The notes: generated by a model not told the origin, from the sequence alone. Shown: positions 1-7,700, numbered from the stretch's first letter. The stretch: DNA of 14,487 bases from an archaeon (GCA_024276825.1 JAJRWI010000023.1:1-14487); one strand, 5' to 3'. Translations and numbers: made by a program.

Positions 1-260
1 AAGGACCATACAGACCACTCTGTGTGAGTACGACGACCCCGTCGTGGTAAGAAATGCGGAGACCCCCACTGTGTCAGGGAGTGATGTCCCTGAGAGTTCA
101 CAGGGGGAAGGAGGCCAGTTCTGTGATAATGCAGAAAAAGCCCCTGCGAACACCGATGTATCGGTGGGTGGTGACACCTGCAGGGGAAGGGCTGAACGCA
201 TGAGTCCTGTTCAGACGAGTTCACCACTGTGCGACAAGTCTGAACAAGATTAGGTTGTCA
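1..260 (+). mobile_element. 3' end of a multicopy element (copy 1 of an inverted pair), densely structured; putative IS200/IS605- or IS607-family (TnpB) right end / omega-RNA-like region
   Basis: Positions 2-260 match the reverse complement of 14229-14487 with 18 substitutions and no indels; 2-123 are identical. Homology stops abruptly after ...GGTTGTCA/GGTTGCCA. Stem-loops cover most of its length. The family assignment is inference, as no transposase or nuclease domain is inside the window. Confidence 0.6.
2..253 (+). CDS. 5'-truncated C-terminal tail of an element-encoded protein (possibly TnpB-like)
   Basis: The frame is open from the window edge (RTIQTTLCEYDDPVVVRNAETP...) to TAG 251-253. 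The other copy has TGG at this codon, so the stop is not conserved. No domain is recognisable. Confidence 0.35.
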   Translation, partial: RTIQTTLCEYDDPVVVRNAETPTVSGSDVPESSQGEGGQFCDNAEKAPANTDVSVGGDTCRGRAERMSPVQTSSPLCDKSEQD

Positions 261-312
261 TCACCTCCTTCGTAATGCTTTTATTCACAATGTTTTAACA
301 ACCCCATCGACA

Positions 313-389
313 CGGGACGTAGCTTAACCTGGTAGAGCAACGGACTGTAGATCCGTCGGTTGGGCGTTCAAATCGCCCCGTCCCGACCA
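313..389 (+). tRNA. tRNA-Tyr(GUA), intronless, CCA encoded
   Basis: Acceptor stem CGGGACG/CGTCCCG with the archaeal Tyr C1-G72 pair and discriminator A. Anticodon arm ACGGA-CT GTA GA-TCCGT. T-loop TTCAAAT. CCA at 387-389. Confidence 0.96.
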
Positions 390-474
390 CCTAATTCTCA
401 AAGAATATTGCTTCAGCTTGTAATACTGGCGCTTTTCTATGATTTTGCAATGTTGGACTTGGTGTAAATGAACA

Positions 475-762
475 ATGAGAAAGATCGAGTCATTGATCAG
501 GACGGGACTGAAGGAACGTGGCTTCGACTGCCACTCAGTATTCACAATTCCAGATGAGGAAGAACCGAGGATCCTGATTGCCTTCAGTTCTAGAGGTAAG
601 AAGCGCCTGACCGAGAATAAGGTTGAGAATGTGCTGAACTCCCTTGGCATTGGACGATTCCGTGCGGCTGGCAAGTTTCATCGCCTTAGTTCTGCATTTG
701 TACACCTTGAGGTGATGATGGGCGCAAGGACAGAGTCTGATGTGACAAGGGGCGCAGAATGA
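475..762 (+). CDS. hypothetical protein (95 aa)
   Basis: ATG with GGTG ~10 nt upstream, globular-looking composition, 16 bp upstream of the co-oriented SDR gene. No family recognised. Confidence 0.7.
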   Translation: MRKIESLIRTGLKERGFDCHSVFTIPDEEEPRILIAFSSRGKKRLTENKVENVLNSLGIGRFRAAGKFHRLSSAFVHLEVMMGARTESDVTRGAE

Positions 763-778
763 ACGGTGATGAAACAGA

Positions 779-1537
779 ATGGACATGCAACTCGCTGATA
801 AGACATTCCTCGTGACCGCATCCTCCCGAGGTCTTGGGCTCAGTGTTGCGCAAGCACTTGTTAATGAGGGTGCTGATGTCATCCTCTGCGGTCGAAACAA
901 AGAGCCTCTTGAGAAGGCGGTTTCAAAACTTGGAGCAAGAGCAGAATATGTTGTCGCAGATGTGTCAAAGAAGGAAGACATAATCCATCTTATCGATCAG
1001 ATACGATCCTCTAGGCACCAAATTGACGGTCTCTTTGCAAATGCAGGAGGTCCTCCACTTGGCACATTTGACTCTCTGCCTGAAGATGCATGGTACAACG
1101 CCTTTGAACTGACACTCATGAGTACTGTGCGACTGACACACGGTGTACTCTCTCTGTTGAAGCACTCTGCCTCACCATCTATACTCTACAACACCTCGAT
1201 CTCGGTGAAACAACCAATTGACAACCTATTGCTCTCCAATTCTCTTCGCGCTGCAGTGGTGGGAATGATGCGGACAGTGGCCAACGAGTTGGGCCCGCAC
1301 GGCATTCGCATCAATGCTGTCTGTCCAGGCTATATCTACACGCAACGTGTTGAAGACCTTATGGCACAAGGGCCACCCTCCCGGAAGGAGCAGATTGAGG
1401 CGGCAATTCCATTAAGGAGAATGGGTCACCCCGATGAGTTCGGCCCATTCTGTGCATTCCTCTTGAGTCCTAGGGCCAGCTACATCCATGGTGCACTCCT
1501 TCTCATCGATGGTGGTTTCCATAAGGGAATGATGTGA
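779..1537 (+). CDS. SDR family oxidoreductase (FabG/3-oxoacyl-ACP reductase-like, atypical active site)
   Basis: Rossmann motif TASSRGLG, NAGGP, INAVCPG, IPLRRMG and YIHG..IDGG. The catalytic YxxxK is replaced by SNSLR. Confidence 0.93.
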   Translation: MDMQLADKTFLVTASSRGLGLSVAQALVNEGADVILCGRNKEPLEKAVSKLGARAEYVVADVSKKEDIIHLIDQIRSSRHQIDGLFANAGGPPLGTFDSLPEDAWYNAFELTLMSTVRLTHGVLSLLKHSASPSILYNTSISVKQPIDNLLLSNSLRAAVVGMMRTVANELGPHGIRINAVCPGYIYTQRVEDLMAQGPPSRKEQIEAAIPLRRMGHPDEFGPFCAFLLSPRASYIHGALLLIDGGFHKGMM

Positions 1538-1538
1538 A

Positions 1539-2507
1539 TCATAATATCGGTGGAAAATCGGTGGGATCAATCACTCCCAGACGTAATAACGCTGCCTTTG
1601 CATAATTGCGAATCTGCTCATCTGTGTCCCTCAGAAGATCTTGCAGGTATCTGGTGGCGGGAGGATATGGTGAAACCCCCATGGCCCATGCTGCGGTACG
1701 TCTGACCTCGCTGTCCTCTGAGAGCAGGAGTTCTGCTATTGCCCTGAGAACAATCTCGGACTTCTTCTCGGCAAGAAGCTGTATCAGTCGGACCTGCCCC
1801 TTCGGTTTCTCATTTCTTAACGAGTCTGCAAGTCCCTGCAGGGCCCTTGAGTCATCCATGTCCCTGAGAGCCCTGATTGCCCAGTCGCGCACCTCATCGG
1901 ACTCATCCTCAAGAGCAGCCAGAAGACAGATGACCGAGTCAGGCGAACTGATCCTGCTTAATGCCCATGCTCCAGAGGCTCGAATGTCGGCATTGGGGTC
2001 TCCAAGTATCGCACATAGTACACCAATGCTCTCGCCATCAGCGATGTTGGTCAGTGCAAAGATGGCCTCTTTTCGAAGGTCGACACACTCATTGCGATCT
2101 CTGACTATCCTGCGGATGGCCCTCCCATACAAGGCAGGGTCCGTGCTTGCAAGAATATGGAGGGCCCACTTTCTCACTTCAAAGTCATCACTGGGGTTCA
2201 GAAGTATGTTCAGGACAACATCATTCATGTCATCTATCCGTTCTCGGTAGGCTGCCTTCAGCGCCATCACCCTGATTTTTAAGTCCTCCTCACTCAATGC
2301 TCTCATTATCACTGCCACTGCCAGTCGGGGCATCAACATATCAACAATGTTCATCACCACACTCTTGTCCTCCTCTGTTCCTCCCTCCCCAAAGATGTCT
2401 GTCAGCAATGCCTCAAAATCCTCTGCATGGGAATTGATGTAGTCAATACTCTCCCTCAGGGTCTCTCTATCACTACTCTCTCGGATAGAGGCGAGCACAC
2501 TCTTCAT
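1539..2507 (-). CDS. HEAT-repeat (PBS lyase-like) protein
   Basis: Repeated D.(.)VR..A..AL units (DFEVRKWALHIL, DLRKEAIFAL, NADIRASGAWAL, DEVRDWAIRAL, SEVRRTAAWAM, EQIRNYAKAAL). SD-like GAGGT upstream. Confidence 0.9.
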   Translation of the reverse strand: MKSVLASIRESSDRETLRESIDYINSHAEDFEALLTDIFGEGGTEEDKSVVMNIVDMLMPRLAVAVIMRALSEEDLKIRVMALKAAYRERIDDMNDVVLNILLNPSDDFEVRKWALHILASTDPALYGRAIRRIVRDRNECVDLRKEAIFALTNIADGESIGVLCAILGDPNADIRASGAWALSRISSPDSVICLLAALEDESDEVRDWAIRALRDMDDSRALQGLADSLRNEKPKGQVRLIQLLAEKKSEIVLRAIAELLLSEDSEVRRTAAWAMGVSPYPPATRYLQDLLRDTDEQIRNYAKAALLRLGVIDPTDFPPIL

Positions 2508-2536
2508 ATTAGTAATACCTCATCTCACTGACACTC

Positions 2537-2545
2537 TTTATATAA
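2537..2545 (-). promoter_or_regulatory. TATA box for the HEAT-repeat gene
   Basis: TTATATAAA on the minus strand ~30 nt upstream of ATG 2507, abutting the SIS gene stop codon. Confidence 0.5.
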
Positions 2546-3550
2546 TCAATAAATCTTGAAAGCATTTGCATTGGGCTGCCGCCATCCGGTCTTTTCAGGA
2601 CTGTACCTCAATACCGTGTAGTAAGCTGCCATCTGAAGGGTTATTGTGTTGACTATGGCCTGACCAAGATCCGACCCAAGTCCAAGTTTCTCATCTGCAT
2701 GTGAATGGTAAACACTCATCTTCAGAGTGTCCTTCAGTACTCTGAGATATCTCAGATCATCATCTGTGACAGGATCATCGGTGATAAGAACCACCTGATC
2801 CCCCTCATCTAGGTTGAGGTTCCAGTGATGACAGAACTCCTCGCGTAGCGCCACCATACTGTGCAATAGTGAATACTCATTGAACTTCATCTGACCAAGC
2901 TGTGCAGCCACATAATTGGGCCCATCCGACACAAGGTACAGCGGCCTGTCACGTATGAGCATCTCTGCAATCCTTTTTCCCTCTGCTTCTGCCCAGTCGA
3001 TCATGGCATCGCCAATCTCCCGCAGCCTGCTCAAGTCCTCCTGCTCAGGCACGAGAGTAGTATTGGAACACGTGTTCCCAATCTTGAAGAGATACGCCAT
3101 GGCACTGGTGGTCGGTGATGATGGACTGATGTTATACGACTCCACTAGGGCCCGAGTCACCCACACTTCATCAGCATTCTCACTGGCCCTCCCTCTCCTG
3201 TCATCTGTCAGGACCACAGTACGTGCGCCTCTGTTCCGTGCATGCTTCAGGGCTGCTATGGTTGCCAGACTTCTGCCCGACGCGGTGATTCCTATGATCA
3301 CTGTATCAGGGTCGATATACACCCTCGGAACCTCTGTCGGGGACAGGGCAACCGCCTGACATCCTGCCCTCCTAAACACCCACTGTCCGTAGTGTGCTAC
3401 CGCATAGGAGTCGCCGCAACCAGTCAGAATTATGTCACTCTCACTCAGAGAGAGCCCCTCAATCACGCACTCTGTGGACTCGAGGGTCTCACGAATCGCC
3501 TCACCCTGCACCCTGATCGCCTGATAACACGCATCCAAGAACTCGGTCAT
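2546..3550 (-). CDS. SIS-domain sugar-phosphate isomerase/deglycase (GlmS isomerase/AgaS/FrlB-like, two SIS domains, no glutaminase domain)
   Basis: Motifs LTGCGDSY, IGITASGRS.AT..AL..AR..GA and SPSSPTTS, plus a second SIS domain with GP.Y..A..G.MKFNE and EEFCH. Confidence 0.88.
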   Translation of the reverse strand: MTEFLDACYQAIRVQGEAIRETLESTECVIEGLSLSESDIILTGCGDSYAVAHYGQWVFRRAGCQAVALSPTEVPRVYIDPDTVIIGITASGRSLATIAALKHARNRGARTVVLTDDRRGRASENADEVWVTRALVESYNISPSSPTTSAMAYLFKIGNTCSNTTLVPEQEDLSRLREIGDAMIDWAEAEGKRIAEMLIRDRPLYLVSDGPNYVAAQLGQMKFNEYSLLHSMVALREEFCHHWNLNLDEGDQVVLITDDPVTDDDLRYLRVLKDTLKMSVYHSHADEKLGLGSDLGQAIVNTITLQMAAYYTVLRYSPEKTGWRQPNANAFKIY

Positions 3551-3626
3551 ACTCCTAGTATGGACTCCATTCTAGATATCAACATTTGGAAGCAATGAGA
3601 CCTCCTGACCGAAAGTCCCAGTTCAC

Positions 3627-3851
3627 TTACTCCTTTATCAGACCAATTATGAAGAGAATGACTCCAAATCCAATGAGGCCCAACATGACCTCCGTGAAGA
3701 CGTACCCTCCCAGCTCTGTTGAGAATATTCCCTGATCGAAATACACCAGCACAGAACTGAGATCAACATATGCCGCCAGATACGTCGACAGTATCGGCAA
3801 CAGGCCTACTATTATCAAGATTATTCCTAGAAATGCTAAGGTCTTTCCCAT
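3627..3851 (-). CDS. small membrane protein (74 aa, two predicted TM helices)
   Basis: Hydrophobic N-terminal (LAFLGIILIIVGLLPIL) and C-terminal (VMLGLIGFGVILFIIGLI) segments. Confidence 0.75.
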   Translation of the reverse strand: MGKTLAFLGIILIIVGLLPILSTYLAAYVDLSSVLVYFDQGIFSTELGGYVFTEVMLGLIGFGVILFIIGLIKE

Positions 3852-3989
3852 TTGAATCCCTTTCGTCCTTTCTCTTTGCTCTTTTCTGTGAGCACTCTCT
3901 ACTCACATTCATCCTATAAAAATCAGCGGTTTCCCTTCTCCCCCAAAATTAGTGGCGCCCCCGCCGGGATTTGAACCCGGGTCTCAAGA

Positions 3990-4019
3990 TTCGTCCATAG
4001 CAACTGTCGCCTGCAATGC
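3990..4019 (-). other. tRNA intron, position 38/39, 30 nt
   Basis: Central helix TGTC/GACG, bulges AC^G and AA^T, outer helix CAT-T-GCAG/TTGC-T-ATG (relaxed HBh'). A 37/38 placement gives no good central helix. Confidence 0.78.
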
Positions 4020-4038
4020 GTGACAGTCTTGAATGCTA

Positions 4039-4068
4039 CACCGGACCACACAGGGGGTCTGTTTGGTT
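4039..4068 (-). other. tRNA intron, D-loop (20a/20b), 30 nt
   Basis: BHB motif: central helix CCGG/CCGG, bulges CC^A and TG^T, outer hairpin ACCA-A-ACAG/CTGT-G-TGGT. Confidence 0.85.
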
Positions 4069-4496
4069 GGCCGGACTACACTACAGGGGCACCTGATTGA
4101 GTAGATGGCGGTGAGGACAATTGATTTTCTATTAAACTTGTCGTTGTGAAAGGTGATTCAAAAGACAGATCAGTAAAACCCGATAAGGCTCACGATTGAA
4201 ATGCTTGAGATTGTTGCCCTGCAATACATTTTTTTGTGAAGATGTGATATTATACAATGGACCGAATAAGTCGGTTGAAAGATTAGCTGATACTCCAATT
4301 TGGTGTTTTATCGCAATCCTTTTATGTTTTTGAAAATTGAGAGCTTTGCTCAAGTTGAATTGCTTCCCGTCCATGCATGGCCATATGATACATAACGTTA
4401 GAGCAGTAGTCATAAATATCACTAGAGACGGCATGTTGCATGTGGCACCAACTCGCATAGGGCTCGTGGCGCAGCTGGAAGCGCAGCAGGCTTTTA

Positions 4497-4520
4497 AGCT
4501 GATGGACTATCAGCAAAGAA
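4497..4520 (+). other. tRNA intron, canonical 37/38, 24 nt
   Basis: Strict BHB: CTTT/AAAG central helix, bulges TA^A and AA^A, outer helix GCTGAT/ATCAGC. Confidence 0.92.
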
Positions 4521-4536
4521 ACCTGAGGGTCGCGGG

Positions 4537-4566
4537 ATCCTTCTCCATTTGGGGGCAGGACGCGAG
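4537..4566 (+). other. tRNA intron, T-arm 53/54, 30 nt
   Basis: Central helix CGCG/CGCG, bulges GG^A and AG^T, outer helix TCCT/AGGA (relaxed HBh'). Confidence 0.85.
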
Positions 4567-4606
4567 TTCAAATCCCGCCGAGCCCGCCACAACTTGTGCG
4601 GACTTG

Positions 4607-4738
4607 GATGAGGGGGCAATACGACTAAGGCAGAAAAAGCGGGGCGACCCACTGCGGCAATATGAACTCAGTTTTCTGAGGTCATGCGTTGGGAAGCGTG
4701 TGTCGGCAGTGGAGGACCCCGTCCCACTCATTAGGTGG
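4607..4738 (+). ncRNA. candidate structured cis-regulatory leader RNA upstream of rpoB
   Basis: Nested helices GATGAG/CTCATT, CGGGG/CCCCG, CCACTGC/GCAGTGG, GGCA/TGTC, ATGA-CTCAG/CTGAG-TCAT, and GCGTT/AGCGT with a GGGA loop. It ends at the SD AGGTGG 4733-4738. Confidence 0.55.
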
Positions 4739-4745
4739 CAAAGTC

Positions 4746-7700
4746 ATGTCAGACAAGAAAGAAAGGGGTAAGTATTGGCCTGTAATAGAGGCATTCTTTA
4801 GTCACTATGGGCTTGTAGGTCAGCACTTAGACTCCTTCAACCGATTTATTCGAGAGGAGCTTCAACAAGTAGTCGATAGTGTTGGAGAGATCAAGCCAAA
4901 GGTGGAGGGATATACAGTACAACTGGGGCGTATTCATGTCATGCCCCCAACCGTACGTGAAGCGGATGGCAGTGAGCATCCCCTATATCCCAATGAGGCC
5001 AGAATTCGAAACCTCACTTATGCAAGTAAGCTCTATCTGGAATGCACACCCGTGAAAAAGGATGGTGGGACAACCACTCATCTGGAAACCCTCGAGATCT
5101 ATATTGGCGACCTTCCAATCATGCTTCGGAGTGAGAAGTGTCTTCTACATGGCATGTCCGATGAGGAACTCATTGCACATGGCGAGGATCCCAAAGACCC
5201 TGGCGGCTATTTCATCATCAACGGGTCTGAGCGCGTATTAGTGACCCAAGAAGATTTGGCGCCAAACAGGATTCTCATTGAAGAGGCCAGCAAGAGCTCA
5301 AGCTATACCCATATCGCCAAGGTGTTTTCAACATCAAGGGGGTTCAGAGCACCAGTAACCATTGAGAGAAAACGTACTGGGGAATTGCGTGTTTCATTTC
5401 CATCCGTTCCTGGAAAAATACCCCTTGCAATCCTGATGAAGGCATTAGGCCTTGAGTCTGACAGAGAGATCGTCGAGGTAATATCTGATGATGAAGAGAT
5501 TCGAAACGAACTCATTGTGACAATTGAGCAGTCTGCACCCATCAATGCATCTCGTGATGCCGAAGAGGGCTCCACTCGAATCAATGCCCTTGACTTTATT
5601 GGAAAACGAGTCGCAGTTGGCCAGACAAAAGAGTACAGACTTGCACGAGCAGAAAAAGTGCTTGATCGCTATCTATTCCCACACATAGGCACCGAACCAG
5701 AGCATAGGCTTCAGAAGGCTTACTATCTTGGTCAGATGGTGGAGCGCCTGCTGGAACTCGTCTTGGGCAAACGCCAACCGGATGACAAGGACCATTATGC
5801 AAACAAACGACTGAAGCTCTCTGGAGACCTGTTGATGTCCCTGTTCAGAGTCGCATTGTATTCACTCACTCGCGACATCAAATATCAGTTGGAACGTACA
5901 GCCGTACGTGGGAGAAAACCAAATATCAAGACAGCAGTCCGAGCAGATGTCATCACTCAGAGGCTGAAGCATGCATTAGCCACTGGAAACTGGGTGGGTG
6001 GGAAGGCTGGAGTGTCACAGTTACTTGATAGGACAAATTACATATCATCACTCTCACACCTCAGGAGAGTTGTTTCACCCTTATCACGATCACAACCCCA
6101 CTTTGAAGCACGAGACCTTCATTCAACTCACTGGGGCAAAATATGTCCAAATGAAACCCCTGAAGGTCCAAACTGTGGTCTTGTCAAGAACATAGCAATG
6201 ATGGCCTACATCTCGGTGGGTACTGATGAGGAGGCCGTCGAACGCGCACTACTAAGGGCTGAAGTCGAACCTATTGAAAACCTCAAGGGCAAGCGTCATA
6301 CTAAATGGGCTGATGTGTTTCTCAACGGCAGACTTGTTGGAATTCATCCTGCACCGCAGGTTCTTGTGAAGGTGATTCGACAGAAGCGTCGTGCTGGAGA
6401 GATTGACAACGAGGTCAATATCGCATACTATGAGGATACAAACGAGGTGCAGGTAAACTGCGATGCTGGACGTGTCCGACGACCACTCATAATTGTTGAG
6501 AATGGAAAGAGCCGTCTGACCGACGAGCACCTTAAGATGATTGAGAGCGGTGAATGGGGATTTGTTGATCTTTTGCGAAATGGCATCGTCGAATTCCTTG
6601 ATGCTGAAGAGGAAGAGAACACCCTGATTGCAATGTATCCCTCTGATATCAATAAGAAAACAACACACCTTGAGATTGAACCCTCTACAATCCTTGGGAT
6701 TTCTGCAGCACTCATCCCCTTCCCCGAACGAAACCAATCCCCCCGAAATGTGTACATGGCCGCCATGGTCAAACAATCAGTTGGTGTGCCAGCATCAAAC
6801 TTCAAATATCGTGCAGACACAAGAGCCCACTTCTTCCATTATCCGCAGGTCCCGCTAGTCAAAACCAGAGCAATGGACTCAATAGGATACGAGGAACGTC
6901 CCGCGGGACAGAACTTTGTTGTTGCAATACTGTCCTTCGAGGGCTATAACATTGAAGATGCACTCATCATGAACAAGGCCTCTATTGAACGCGGTCTTGG
7001 CAGGAGCACCTTCTGTCGTGTATATGAGAGTGAAGAGCGAAAATATCCTGGCGGACAGGAGGATAAGTTTGAGATTCCCAACCGGAGTATCAGAGGATAC
7101 AGGGCGTCTGAGGCATACCGAAATCTTGGAGAAGATGGAATCATTGAAACCGAGGTGGAGGTACAGGGCGGTGATGTCTTGATTGGTCGCACCTCACCAC
7201 CCAGATTCCTTGAGGAATATTCAGAGTTCGATATCACATCTCCTAACCGTCGTGAAACCTCTGTGGCAGTGAGGCATGGAGAGTCTGGTGTCGTCGACAG
7301 CGTTATTCTCACCGAAACAATTGATGGTAATCGTCTGGTAAAAGTAAAGGTCAGAGACCTCAGAATTCCCGAACTTGGTGACAAGTACGCCTCTCGACAC
7401 GGGCAGAAGGGTGTCCTTGGCTATATTGTTCCTCAAGAGGATGTTCCATTCACAGAGGACGGTGTTGTCCCAGACCTGATTATCAACCCACACGCAATCC
7501 CAAGCAGAATGACAATCGGTCAAATCATGGAGATGATTGCTGGGAAAGCAGCAGCTTTGGATGGACATCAACAAGATGCCACTGCCTTCAGTGGTGTCAG
7601 TGAGGAGGAACTGTTCAAGATACTCCACAAGCATGGCTTTCAGTGGAATGGCCGCGAAACCATGTATTCGGGTATCACAGGTGAACGCTTGCAGGCCAAT

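Larger units (their letters stand above)
3953..4090 (-). tRNA. tRNA-Asp(GUC) with two introns (20a/20b and 38/39), CCA encoded
   Basis: Removing 4068-4039 and 4019-3990 gives a 78-nt cloverleaf: GCCCCTG TA GTGT AGTCCGGCCTA GCAT T CAAGA CTGTCAC TCTTG AGAC CCGGG TTCAAAT CCCGG CGGGGGC G CCA. Confidence 0.92.
4460..4589 (+). tRNA. tRNA-Lys(UUU) with two introns (37/38 and 53/54), CCA encoded
   Basis: Removing 4497-4520 and 4537-4566 gives a 76-nt cloverleaf: GGGCTCG TG GCGC AGCTGGAA GCGC A GCAGG CTTTTAA CCTGA GGGTC GCGGG TTCAAAT CCCGC CGAGCCC G CCA. There is a G27.A43 mismatch at the top of the anticodon stem. Confidence 0.93.

Noticed and set aside
44-253. 69-aa ORF (and the 99-aa ORF at 14146-14445) as standalone genes
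   Set aside because: Both frames are open to the window edge and the stops differ between copies, so they are truncated element tails at best.
236-270. Resemblance to the 16S rRNA 3' end (AAGTC..AACAAG..TAG...ATCACCTCCTT)
   Set aside because: Helix 45 is missing, the upstream sequence is not rRNA-like, and the second copy lacks the match.
1606-3598. Long antisense ORFs (1606-2250, 2916-3359, 3242-3598) and similar ones opposite the rpo genes
   Set aside because: These are shadow frames of well-supported genes, with Ser/Arg-rich composition.
3953-4090. Alternative splicing giving a His (GUG) anticodon, or a canonical 37/38 intron
   Set aside because: There is no G-1 or C73 His identity element, and only the 38/39 placement gives a fully paired BHB central helix.
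4140-4410. AT-rich spacer with short palindromes (ACCGA-TCGGT, CCATGCATGG) as a replication origin or CRISPR
   Set aside because: There are no ORB repeats, no cdc6 and no regularly spaced repeats. Divergent tRNA promoters explain the composition.
4662-4685. ATGA...GA hairpin as a SECIS element, or GGATGA/CTGA as C/D boxes
   Set aside because: The helix is too short, there is no apical AA, and no in-frame UGA gene is evident. The box spacing is unconvincing and CTGA is base-paired.
4132-4771. ORFs 4132-4458, 4322-4516, 4337-4771 and 4510-4731
   Set aside because: They overlap tRNA-Lys, its promoter region or the structured leader. None has a recognisable domain or resembles Rpo5.
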